From positions 124,001 through 188,000 of the IMG/VR virus record IMGVR_UViG_3300035182_002586: a stretch of DNA of 64,000 bases. The stretch is one strand, 5' to 3'. The translations under genes were made by a program, and so were the position numbers. Shown one piece after another: positions 18,777-26,854 of this stretch (positions are counted from its first letter, which is position 1; each line of letters starts with the position of its first letter). The notes under the pieces are model-generated. The model made no database searches. It saw nothing but the letters and a program-made list of their open reading frames with translations, and was not told the origin of the DNA.

Positions 18777-18850
18777 GCCTGGGTAGCCCAACTGGCAGAG
18801 GCAACGCGTTCAGGACGCGTAAAGCGGTGGTTCAAATCCACTCCCAGGTA
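18777..18850 (+). tRNA. tRNA-Leu(CAG), short variable loop
   Basis: ttcagga loop, 5-nt variable loop. Confidence 0.85.
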
Positions 18851-18856
18851 CTACAT

Positions 18857-18933
18857 GCAGCGGTAGCCCAACTAGCAGAGGCAACAGCCCGAGGCGCTGT
18901 CCAGTGCAGGTGCAACTCCTGTCCGCTGTACCA
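18857..18933 (+). tRNA. tRNA-Leu(GAG)-like, short variable loop, non-canonical loops
   Basis: ccgaggc loop (C33), T loop tgcaact, CCA. Confidence 0.7.
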
Positions 18934-18954
18934 CTTGTACGTCGTGTGTATCAC

Positions 18955-19031
18955 GCCCCCGTAGCCCAACTGGCAGAGGCAGCGGTTTCAAGCTCCGCTT
19001 AGCGTCGGTTCGAATCCGACCGGGGGTACCA
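18955..19031 (+). tRNA. tRNA-Leu(CAA), short variable loop
   Basis: ttcaagc loop, CCA. Confidence 0.85.
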
Positions 19032-19032
19032 A

Positions 19033-19106
19033 CGGAGTGTCGCACAGCCTGGTCGTGCACGAGCTTTGGGTGCTCGCCTGCGCGGGTTCGAATCCCGCCA
19101 CTCCGA
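19033..19106 (+). tRNA. tRNA-Pro(TGG)
   Basis: cggagtg acceptor, tttgggt loop. Confidence 0.9.
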
Positions 19107-19114
19107 CTACGTTT

Positions 19115-19186
19115 GCCCGCATCGACCACCAGCTAAGTCGCCAGGCCCTCGACCTGGAGAACCCGGGTCAGCACCGGGTGCGGGCG
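19115..19186 (+). tRNA. tRNA-Glu(CTC)-like with non-canonical T loop
   Basis: All four stems pair; ccctcga loop; T loop gtcagca. Confidence 0.65.
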
Positions 19187-19359
19187 CAAGGAATGAACCT
19201 GGACAAGGCCGTCCACTAGCCATTTACAAGGACCGTTGTTGCAGTCTCCTCGGCTAGCAAACGTCTGCGTCAGACGTTGAAGTATGGGACATGTAAGGTT
19301 CGTGCTGGTAACACCCGTTTGTTGATCAAGATCCTACGTTGGACGGATCTTGCCCTAGA

Positions 19360-19434
19360 GGCCCCATACACTAACGGTTAGGTGGGCGGCTTTTCACGCC
19401 GCATGTCGGGGTTCGAGTCCCCGTGGGGTCACCA
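19360..19434 (+). tRNA. tRNA-Glu(TTC)
   Basis: ttttcac loop, CCA. Confidence 0.9.
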
Positions 19435-19508
19435 AGTCTACTGTGTGAGTAGGATCGCAGCCGCAACCAGCAGGAAGAGCGCCGCTGTGATGTAGTACGG
19501 GTTGTCCA

Positions 19509-20126
19509 TCACGCCTTCGCCTTCGCCTTCTTGGCGGTGACCTTCGGGGGCTTGACGGCGATGGTCGTGTCCGTCTCGAAGCGCGGTACACCGATCTGGT
19601 CGATGATCCCGTGCCTCTTGGCCTCGCGAGCGTTCATGAACCAGTTCACGTTCTTGCGCTTGTCCAGCTCCTTGCGGAAGTAGCCCTTGGTCTTGCCGCA
19701 GTTGTCGTCGAGGCGGGCGAAGCACTTGTCGTCGTCGTTCAGGTCACTGGTGAGCGCCGCGGAGTTCTCCCGGAGCTTGTCCGTTGGGATCGACGAGATG
19801 GACTCGTGTACCATGATCTTCGCCCCGGGGGCTGCCCACCGCATCCCCTTGGTGCCGGATGCGAGCAGGTCGGCTCCCGCAGAGAGGGCCTGGCCCAAGC
19901 AGATGGTGGCGACCTTGATGTCGCTCTCCTCTGCCGACCTAATGAGATCCTGCATCGCGAGCAGGTGGGCCACGGAGCCCCCCTCACTCATGATGTACAG
20001 GGGGAGGACGCCCTGGGCCTCTTCGAGACAACGCTCGATGCGACGATGAAGCCGTCGCACCGTGTCATCGTCGAACTCGTAGACCCAGACGTCGAGCAGC
20101 TTGGGCGACCACGCGGGGGCTTTCAT
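19509..20126 (-). CDS. clpP: ClpP-like protease proteolytic subunit
   Basis: YIMSEGGSV, GQALSAG (catalytic Ser), IMVHE (His), WFMNAREAKRHGIIDQI. Confidence 0.85.
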   Translation of the reverse strand: MKAPAWSPKLLDVWVYEFDDDTVRRLHRRIERCLEEAQGVLPLYIMSEGGSVAHLLAMQDLIRSAEESDIKVATICLGQALSAGADLLASGTKGMRWAAPGAKIMVHESISSIPTDKLRENSAALTSDLNDDDKCFARLDDNCGKTKGYFRKELDKRKNVNWFMNAREAKRHGIIDQIGVPRFETDTTIAVKPPKVTAKKAKAKA

Positions 20127-20152
20127 GGGCGTCCTCCCATCCTCCAAGAGGG

Positions 20153-21400
20153 TTAGCGAGAACGCTTGCGGGCGCCGCCGCTGATCGGGATCTCCTCGCG
20201 GGTCTCCTCGATCATGCGGGGCTTCTCGACCTCGAAGTACGAGCGCTTCTCCAGGTTGAACGACCGGAGGGTGCCGTCCGAGGTCAGGTCCCACGAAAGA
20301 ATGAGGCCGCCGATGGCCGGCGCGCCACCGAGGCTCTTGGAGAACGCAGATCCTCCGCCCTGGAAGGTCGGGCACGCGATGCCGTGCACTGCACGCTCTT
20401 CGACGTAACAGAACACGTGCCAGTGACCGCAGAGGAGGATGTTGGGCTTCTCCCCCGAGCTGTACTTCTCGATGTGCTTCTGGATGGCGTACGACCGTGC
20501 GTAGCTCACGCCCGAGCGCGGGTGCCAGAGGTGGACGACCGCGCCGCGGATCTTGAGGAAGGCGCCACGGTTGCCGTAGAAGTGCAGGTCCTTGCGGCCG
20601 CGCTCCTCGAAGTAGTTCGAGAGGTACTGGCCGACGTCGACCCCGACCTGCTCCGTGAAGGTGAAGTCGTGGTTGCCCGTGATGGCGTGGTAGTGGAGCC
20701 CCGGGAGCTGCGGCAGCGTCTCGAAGAGGTCCCGAGCCTGCTCGTCGAGGCCGCTGTGAGAGACCTCCCACATGCCGTGCCGGTAGCAACCGTCGATCAC
20801 GTCGCCAGGGTGAAGGATCTCGCGAACGCCCTGCGAGTAGGCGTAGTGGATGAACTCCTTGAGCTGCTCACGCAGGCAGTACTTGCTCCCAAGGTGCGTG
20901 TCCGAGATGACCGCCACCTTCTGACGTTCGCCCACGACCGGGGGGACGCCGATGGACTGGAGCCGATCGTCCGGTTCGGGGAACCTGATGCCCACGTGGT
21001 TGTGCTCGACGTGGACCTTCACCCCGAGCTTGAGTGCGTCGTCGATGACCTTCTGTGCCTTGCTCGGAGGGAGATCGAGCTTGTCGCACAGGTTGTGGAA
21101 GTTGATCGGGCCCTTCTTGGCGATGCGGATGAACTCCGCGAGCAGAGGGGACGGCTGGAGGATCGACTCGGAAGCACCCTCGTCTTCACCCTCGTTCGAT
21201 GTGTCGACCGTCGGCGGACGCATGTGGCTCGTCGGCGGGCCGAGGCTCTCACGAAGGAAGACCGAGCGCAGGGCCGCCTCGGTGACTTCTCGGCCGACAC
21301 GGTTGGAGATCTCCTCGACCGCCTTCCGGTACTCGTTCTTCGAGAACTGGCGCAGGACCGCTTTCGCCGCCGCAAGCTGCTTCTTCGTCCACATCGACAT
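20153..21400 (-). CDS. calcineurin-like metallophosphoesterase with N-terminal HTH-like region
   Basis: SDTH, GDVIDG, GNHD, HP and GHWH motifs. Confidence 0.88.
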   Translation of the reverse strand: MSMWTKKQLAAAKAVLRQFSKNEYRKAVEEISNRVGREVTEAALRSVFLRESLGPPTSHMRPPTVDTSNEGEDEGASESILQPSPLLAEFIRIAKKGPINFHNLCDKLDLPPSKAQKVIDDALKLGVKVHVEHNHVGIRFPEPDDRLQSIGVPPVVGERQKVAVISDTHLGSKYCLREQLKEFIHYAYSQGVREILHPGDVIDGCYRHGMWEVSHSGLDEQARDLFETLPQLPGLHYHAITGNHDFTFTEQVGVDVGQYLSNYFEERGRKDLHFYGNRGAFLKIRGAVVHLWHPRSGVSYARSYAIQKHIEKYSSGEKPNILLCGHWHVFCYVEERAVHGIACPTFQGGGSAFSKSLGGAPAIGGLILSWDLTSDGTLRSFNLEKRSYFEVEKPRMIEETREEIPISGGARKRSR

Positions 21401-21967
21401 TACAGACCTCGCCCTACGCCGACACCTGTTCAGGGTGCTTGGCTAGAAAGGTGTTCCGATCCGGTCTGATTCGATCTGGGTTCGGCCTAACGAAACAACG
21501 CACCTAGGATCAATGCGACAATGAGGACTAGGCCGAGCAGTGCCTTCTCGATTTCGATACGGTCATCTTGGTCTTGGTGTGGTCCCGTCATCGGAGAAGG
21601 CGTCGTAGAGGCTCACGGTGTTGCCTGTTTGCTTCCTGAGGGTTCTACACAAGTGGACCCTCACAGCGGAGCTGCTTGAAGCCTGTGCTTGTGCGATGCG
21701 GTGTGTGCGGTCAGGATGAAATGCAGATCCTCCTTATCGGTCCGCCTAGCGGGCGCGAACCGTCCCACCGTGCGCTGCAACAACTCGGCGAACACCAGGT
21801 TCCCGGCTCTTGTCGACGTGGACGGTGATCTGCGTCTCCGAGAGGAGGCACGCGATCCCCAAATACACGACGACCTCACGCAGACAAGCGCGTGCGGACG
21901 CTTCGTCGGGGAAGTCGAGTTCGAGTGTGCGGCTCCCCATAACTTGGGGGGAGCACAAGATGAATTC

Positions 21968-22041
21968 ACGGTTCCAGCACGATGGTCGTGCGCGCGGTTG
22001 AAGTCCGCGAGGTGAGGTTTCGATTACCTCCCGGATCACCA
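21968..22041 (+). pseudogene. tRNA-Phe(GAA)-like with unpaired 5' acceptor strand
   Basis: D, anticodon (ttgaagt) and T arms plus CCA present; 5' strand does not pair with ccggatc. Confidence 0.6.
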
Positions 22042-22043
22042 AC

Positions 22044-22119
22044 CCCCTCGTCCTGACGGATAACAGGCGCAGCCCTCCGAAGGCTGACGTTGCAGGTTCG
22101 ACTCCTGCCGAGGGGACCA
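22044..22119 (+). tRNA. tRNA-Arg(CCG)
   Basis: ctccgaa loop, CCA. Confidence 0.85.
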
Positions 22120-22125
22120 CAGTAC

Positions 22126-22198
22126 GCAGAGTGAGCAAGCCTGGTGGTTGCATCGGTCTGAAAAGCCGACCAACTTGGTTCGATCCCAAGACTCTGCA
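22126..22198 (+). tRNA. tRNA-Phe(GAA)
   Basis: ctgaaaa loop. Confidence 0.87.
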
Positions 22199-22223
22199 CC
22201 GACGGCCGTGAGACCGTCTTCAT

Positions 22224-22298
22224 CAGGGTGTGGCTCAGCCTGGCTAGAGCGCCTGTCTGGGGGACAGGAGACCGCGGGTTCGAATCCCGCCACCCTGA
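22224..22298 (+). tRNA. tRNA-Pro(GGG)
   Basis: ctggggg loop. Confidence 0.9.
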
Positions 22299-22305
22299 CT
22301 ACTTT

Positions 22306-22378
22306 GCCTCGTGAGGCTGCTGGGGAGGCCAGGTGATTGTCGATCACCCGCTGGCGGGTTCGATTCCCGTACGAGGCG
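22306..22378 (+). tRNA. tRNA-Asp(GTC)
   Basis: ttgtcga loop, G73. Confidence 0.85.
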
Positions 22379-22385
22379 CTGAGAA

Positions 22386-22460
22386 CGGAGTGTCGCCTAG
22401 CCTGGTAGGGCACCTGCTTCGGGAGCAGGCACAACGCCGGTTCGAATCCGGCCACTCCGA
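22386..22460 (+). tRNA. tRNA-Pro(CGG)
   Basis: ttcggga loop. Confidence 0.9.
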
Positions 22461-22464
22461 CCGC

Positions 22465-22535
22465 GACGCGAACTGACGGGTTCAGCGGTCGGTCTGCAAA
22501 ACCGACTTGCGAGGGTTCGAGTCCCTCTCGCGTCT
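22465..22535 (+). tRNA. tRNA-Cys(GCA)
   Basis: ctgcaaa loop, U73. Confidence 0.85.
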
Positions 22536-22571
22536 CCGGATTGCAATCTCTACTTATTGCAATCCCCTAGC

Positions 22572-23000
22572 ATGACGAAGGTGTGCGTCTCCTGTGCGGA
22601 AAGCAAACCCCTCTCTTGTTTCAACAGGAAGGGAGCGAAGTACTACAACTCCCGCTGTAAAGATTGTCAGAAGGTGTACTGGCAGTCCTACTACGCCGAC
22701 CCACAGAAACGGGCCAGGCACATAGAGACTAGTAAGACACATGCTAAAGCCCGAAGAGAGCGGCTAAAACAGCTAATCAGAGAGGGGAAAGACAAACCGT
22801 GTGCGGATTGTGGGGTAACCTACCCTTACTGGGTGATGCAGTTTGATCACCTGCCTGAGCACACGAAAACGAAACAACTTTCACTCATGCATGGTGGGTC
22901 CGAAGAGGACATCTTGAGAGAGATGTCTAAGTGTGCGGTGGTCTGCGCCAACTGTCACTGTGAGAGGACACACAAGAGGCGGTCCTTGCGACGAGGGTAG
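22572..23000 (+). CDS. HNH endonuclease with N-terminal zinc finger
   Basis: CVSC..CKDC; CADCG...MQFDH...KCAVVCANCH. Confidence 0.9.
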   Translation: MTKVCVSCAESKPLSCFNRKGAKYYNSRCKDCQKVYWQSYYADPQKRARHIETSKTHAKARRERLKQLIREGKDKPCADCGVTYPYWVMQFDHLPEHTKTKQLSLMHGGSEEDILREMSKCAVVCANCHCERTHKRRSLRRG

Positions 23001-23020
23001 CTACGGCCCCTCCAACCCAT

Positions 23021-23095
23021 GCGGGTGTCCGATCGGTAATCGGCGCTTCCTTGCCAAGGAAGATGTGTGGGGTCCGACTCCCCTCACCCGCTCCA
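23021..23095 (+). tRNA. tRNA-Gly(GCC)
   Basis: ttgccaa loop, TCCA. Confidence 0.82.
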
Positions 23096-23096
23096 T

Positions 23097-23185
23097 GCGT
23101 CCGGATGCCTCGAAAGGCGCGGGGGAGGCTGTGCGTAGCAGCACTACGACCCCCCGAGGAGCGGGTTTGACTCCCGCCTGGACGC
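23097..23185 (+). tRNA. tRNA-like element (His- or Arg-like) with an insertion in the anticodon loop
   Basis: gcgtccgg/ctggacgc acceptor, T arm, ~25-nt anticodon loop. Confidence 0.55.
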
Positions 23186-23232
23186 AGGTGTTCACGATGG
23201 ATCGACCCAAGCCTCACTGTGTACAGGGGGGC

Positions 23233-23729
23233 ATGGGAAGAGACTCTGAGGAGAACAAGGGCCGGAACTACCTGGCCAAGACGTTCCAAGCGATCTTCGT
23301 CATCGCCATCGTCAGGTGGGTCTGGCCGTGGGCACTTCCGTACGAGGTCTTCTCGTTCTGGAGCTTCAAGACGCCGCTCATCGACGGGATCCTTGCAGCG
23401 TGGCCCTGCCTCGCGTGGGCGGTCGTCATCCAGACGCTCCTGGAGCTACTGCGGGGCCAGGGCTCGCTCTTCGAACGCTTCTACCGCCCCTCGGGCCACG
23501 AGATCCTGGTCAAGGGGTTCTGGATCAGCCTGTGGGCGGGCATCTCCGAGGAGATCTGCTTCCGCTGACTCCTCTTCCTCGAAGCCATCATCAGCGTGAA
23601 GGTCGCCAACTTCCTGCTCTTCGACTGGTTGGGGTGGGGCTTCTTCCGCTGGCTTCAGACTGGCTGCACGGACACTTCCTGGTCGAAGATCGCAAGGTCT
23701 TCGAGTACACACGGAAGCTGGCGAAGTAG
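23233..23729 (+). pseudogene. CPBP/Abi-type intramembrane metalloprotease pseudogene
   Basis: TM segments, AGISEEICFR, in-frame TGA at 23566, then apparent frameshift or truncation. Confidence 0.65.
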
Positions 23730-23732
23730 GGT

Positions 23733-24212
23733 CTACAGCTTGTCGGCCTTGTCGATCACGTCCGACCACTTGGGCGGGGGGGCGGCCGTCAGAGTCGGGG
23801 CCGGAACCGCGCTGACCGTGGGGGCAGGCTGGAGCTTCTTGATCGCGACCTTGTGCGTCAAGGGTGACGCGGGTGACGCCGACAGCTTCGGGGCAACGGA
23901 CACAGAGACCGAAGACGCCGGCACGGGGCAGGCGATGGGCTCCTCGACATCGACAACCCCATCGCCGTCACGGTCACGAGCGGCTGCGATGTCGGACCGG
24001 AGCGCGAGAAGCTGCACGTGAAGGGAGGCTTGGTCCTTCTGGAGGTCGGTGATCGACTTGGAGAGCGCTTCGTAGCTCGCCTGTTCGAGCCTCTTGTCGA
24101 GCGCCTTCACGAGCGACGTCGCCGCCGTGACCAGGGCCGTGATGGCCATGACGAGCGAGATGAGCGGTCGCATGCTGGAGAACAGGGAGGGCTTCGTCGT
24201 CGGTTCCGCCAT
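23733..24212 (-). CDS. membrane-anchored coiled-coil protein
   Basis: N-terminal TM segment, coiled coil, DRDGDG, Pro/Ala-rich tail. Confidence 0.65.
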   Translation of the reverse strand: MAEPTTKPSLFSSMRPLISLVMAITALVTAATSLVKALDKRLEQASYEALSKSITDLQKDQASLHVQLLALRSDIAAARDRDGDGVVDVEEPIACPVPASSVSVSVAPKLSASPASPLTHKVAIKKLQPAPTVSAVPAPTLTAAPPPKWSDVIDKADKL

Positions 24213-24245
24213 GTTCTCCAACGGGGCGTAGAAGAAGATTCACCG

Positions 24246-24740
24246 CTACGGGCGGTACGTACCGAACACCCGGTCCCACCCGAACCAGATGATGCCCATG
24301 TTCTTGCGCATGTCCCCGGCATGGTGGATGAAGTGCAGGGCACGGAGACGCTGGAACCAGCGGTAGCGGAGCAGCCAGTGGCACTGGATGTGCGACGCGA
24401 TGTGGATCCAGTCATGCAGGGCGCCTACGAGGATTGCCTCAACCAGGATGACCGGGAAGACGATCCAGGGTACGCCGAGCTGCCACAGCAAGGCGCCATA
24501 CAGCAGGAAGAAGAGGGTGATCGGCGGGATGAAGATGATGGTCGTGTCATCCTTCCCGGCCCACCGGTACTTCTCCGAGAGCAGGTCGTTGGGCGGGTAC
24601 TGCTTGAGGTGGTGATTCATGTGCGAGCGGTAGAGCCGCCCGGCCCACCGCTGATGGACGACCCAATGGGCGACCCACCCTGCAAGCGTGCCGTACAGGA
24701 ACGTACCAAGGATGGCGAGAAGGACTGCAACAACCACCAT
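24246..24740 (-). CDS. fatty-acid hydroxylase / sterol desaturase family protein
   Basis: HWVVH, HMNHH, HDWIH and HFIHH His boxes with TM segments. Confidence 0.85.
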   Translation of the reverse strand: MVVVAVLLAILGTFLYGTLAGWVAHWVVHQRWAGRLYRSHMNHHLKQYPPNDLLSEKYRWAGKDDTTIIFIPPITLFFLLYGALLWQLGVPWIVFPVILVEAILVGALHDWIHIASHIQCHWLLRYRWFQRLRALHFIHHAGDMRKNMGIIWFGWDRVFGTYRP

Positions 24741-24784
24741 GCCCAAGGAGGTCGAAAAGAGCTTCCTTGGGTCGACTGAAACAC

Positions 24785-24856
24785 GCGGGTGATGCCGACT
24801 GGTAAGGCCCCTCGTTGCCAACGAGGTTCATGTGGGTTCGATTCCCATCACCCGCT
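24785..24856 (+). tRNA. tRNA-Gly(GCC)
   Basis: ttgccaa loop, U73. Confidence 0.88.
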
Positions 24857-24884
24857 CTAGTCCTCTTGTCCGTCGGCGCACAGT

Positions 24885-25289
24885 ATGCCGACCGCAGCTA
24901 CCACCTACGAGTATTCCGCTACCGTGTCCCGTGTCGTCGACGGGGACACGGTGCACATGGCCCTCACGAAGAACTTCTCCCTCAACATCGACTTCGGGTT
25001 CTTCATCAAGGACACGGTGGTGCTCCAGAAGTCCGCCGACCTGGACTTCCGGCTCGCGGGGATCAACGCCCCGGAGATGCACGGGGCCACGGCCGCTGCG
25101 GGTCTCGCAGCGAAGAACGAGCTGACCCGTCTCCTCGGCCTCGGGCCGCTGCGGGTCGTTACCGGGAAGGCCGACAAGTACGGCCGGTGGCTCGCGACCA
25201 TCTACGTCACCGTCGCGGACGGGACGGAGCTGTGCGTCAACGATGCCATGATCAAGGGCGGGTTCGCTCAGCCCTACATGACAGCTTGA
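24885..25289 (+). CDS. thermonuclease (SNase) family protein
   Basis: RVVDGDT, RLAGINAPE, DKYGRWLA. Confidence 0.9.
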   Translation: MPTAATTYEYSATVSRVVDGDTVHMALTKNFSLNIDFGFFIKDTVVLQKSADLDFRLAGINAPEMHGATAAAGLAAKNELTRLLGLGPLRVVTGKADKYGRWLATIYVTVADGTELCVNDAMIKGGFAQPYMTA

Positions 25290-25307
25290 GGGCTCCGGGC
25301 CCTCCAT

Positions 25308-25381
25308 CCCCTCGTAGCCTAGTGGAACGAGGCACCCGCCTTCGAAGCGGTTCAACGCTGGTTCGATTCCAGCCGAGGGGA
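25308..25381 (+). tRNA. tRNA-Arg(TCG)
   Basis: cttcgaa loop. Confidence 0.87.
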
Positions 25382-25413
25382 CCGGGCTCTGTTCCTCACG
25401 GGACACCCCTTAT

Positions 25414-25490
25414 CTGGGTGTGGCTCAACCTGGTAGAGCACTCGCTTCGGGAGCGAGGGATTGTGGGTTCAAATCCCGCCACCCAGACCA
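25414..25490 (+). tRNA. tRNA-Pro(CGG)
   Basis: ttcggga loop, CCA. Confidence 0.9.
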
Positions 25491-25548
25491 TAAGCACAGC
25501 GGTGATTATCACCGGCCATCACTGATTATCAGTGATGGGATTGATAAC

Positions 25549-25619
25549 GGGGTCATCGTCTAAAGGGAAGACACTAGCCTTGCAAGCTGGGAATGGGGGT
25601 TCGATTCCCCCTGACTCCA
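25549..25619 (+). tRNA. tRNA-Ala(TGC)
   Basis: G3:U70, cttgcaa loop. Confidence 0.88.
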
Positions 25620-25627
25620 CTACGTTC

Positions 25628-25700
25628 GCCGTTGAGGCTCCTTAGGAGGGGCGCGACCATGGTAAGGTCGACTCAGTGGGTTCGAATCCCATCAACGGCT
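25628..25700 (+). tRNA. tRNA-Thr(GGT)
   Basis: atggtaa loop. Confidence 0.85.
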
Positions 25701-25724
25701 CTAGGCGTCCCTCGACGCCTTCAT

Positions 25725-25809
25725 GGAAGGGGAACCGGCAAGGCGTCGGACTCGCTTGGAAAGCGATGTGGTCGCGCAAGCGGCTGGGATTCGAGTTCTC
25801 CCTCTTCCG
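25725..25809 (+). tRNA. tRNA-Ser(GGA), 8/4 fold
   Basis: 8-bp acceptor ggaagggg/cctcttcc, 4-bp T stem, long variable arm. Confidence 0.8.
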
Positions 25810-25822
25810 CCGTGGAAACTTT

Positions 25823-25907
25823 GGAGAGTGAACCAGTCGGTGGGACTGGCCCCGGTTGCTACCCGGTGGGTACCGCAAGGTATGGTGATCGTGCCGCCCT
25901 CTCTCCG
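25823..25907 (+). tRNA. tRNA-Ser(GCT), 8/4 fold
   Basis: ggagagtg/ctctctcc acceptor, T arm ggtg-atcgtgc-cgcc. Confidence 0.75.
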
Positions 25908-25934
25908 CTACTCCTTTGATACCTACAGGGTTCT

Positions 25935-26456
25935 GTGAAGACCTGTACAAAATGCGGGGACTCTAAATCTCCTACCATGTTCTACGCGCGGCGCGCCTCT
26001 TGTAAGGAGTGCGACAAGGCCGCTTCCAGAGAACGCTCGAAGTCAGGTCCTCCTAGAACTCGGTCTGCACAAACCAAAGAGAAGAGTAACTGTCGTCTTA
26101 AGCAACGGCGACGCGATCCCAAAGAACGTGCCACTTTCATCTTGAAGGATACTCGTTCTGCCGATCGTCGCAAGGGACTGGAGAACGACCTGACTCGATC
26201 GTTCATCGAGTCAGCGATCTCAAGTGGGTGTGTATACTGCGGTGAGAACGAGCTGAAGATGACTCTCGATCGGATTGACAACACAATCGGACACGTTCAA
26301 ACGAACGTGGTCGCTGCGTGCGTCCGGTGTAACTACATGCGACGAGACATGCCTTACGCAGCGTGGACCCGACTCGTCCCGCTCATCAAACAGCTCCGAG
26401 AAGAGGGGTTGTTTGGCGCTTGGGTGTGCGACTGCGTGACGCGCGGTGGTGTATGA
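25935..26456 (+). CDS. HNH-type endonuclease
   Basis: CTKC..CKEC; CVYCG...LDRIDN..GH...NVV.AC..CN; paralog of the 31950 gene. Confidence 0.88.
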   Translation: MKTCTKCGDSKSPTMFYARRASCKECDKAASRERSKSGPPRTRSAQTKEKSNCRLKQRRRDPKERATFILKDTRSADRRKGLENDLTRSFIESAISSGCVYCGENELKMTLDRIDNTIGHVQTNVVAACVRCNYMRRDMPYAAWTRLVPLIKQLREEGLFGAWVCDCVTRGGV

Positions 26457-26468
26457 ACAGGTAACGTT

Positions 26469-26556
26469 GGAAGCGTGGCCGAGTGGTTCATGGCTTCGGT
26501 TTTGAAAACCGACGACGGTAACACGTCCGGGGGTTCGAATCCCTCCGCTTCCGCCA
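26469..26556 (+). tRNA. tRNA-Ser(TGA)
   Basis: Canonical class II tRNA, GCCA. Confidence 0.92.
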
Positions 26557-26569
26557 GGTAGACGACAAC

Positions 26570-26643
26570 GCGAGGTGACGGCTTGGAGCCTGGTCTCTCT
26601 CACACGGAGACCGTACGGGGTTCGATCCCCCGACCTCGCACCA
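26570..26643 (+). tRNA. tRNA-Val(CAC)
   Basis: ctcacac loop, CCA; paralog of the 18576 tRNA. Confidence 0.83.
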
Positions 26644-26644
26644 T

Positions 26645-26727
26645 GGAAGGTGACGCCTCAGTGGTGGGGCACCGGCTTCGAACACCGGAGGTCTGAAAGG
26701 GCAGTGGTTCGACTCCACCTCCTTCCA
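26645..26727 (+). tRNA. tRNA-Ser(CGA), 8/4 fold
   Basis: ggaaggtg/ctccttcc acceptor, 4-bp T stem gtgg/ccac. Confidence 0.78.
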
Positions 26728-26807
26728 CTACGACCCCATTTTCATCTTGGGGTCTCTCTCGCCGGTGTACACAGTACCGGCCGACACGACGCAGTGGACC
26801 CCCAACA

Positions 26808-26847
26808 GGCACCCCCCTCGGACGCGCAAGCGCCCATCCAAGGTGCC
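26808..26847 (+). promoter_or_regulatory. 5'-leader copy of the ncRNA module (candidate autoregulatory protein-binding site)
   Basis: ggcacc-ccCTCGGA-cgc-GCAA-gcg-CCCATCCaa-ggtgcc, ending 7 nt before ATG 26855. Confidence 0.75.
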
Positions 26848-26854
26848 GGGACGA

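Noticed and set aside
21458-22041. Split tRNA-Phe using gatccgg at 21458 as the 5' acceptor strand
   Set aside because: A single 7-mer about 500 nt away could be chance, and there are no intron features between the two parts.
23566-23568. In-frame TGA at a likely Trp position as evidence of genetic-code reassignment
   Set aside because: TGA and TAG end many well-supported genes, no suppressor tRNA was found, and the same gene appears frameshifted or truncated soon after. A pseudogene is simpler.
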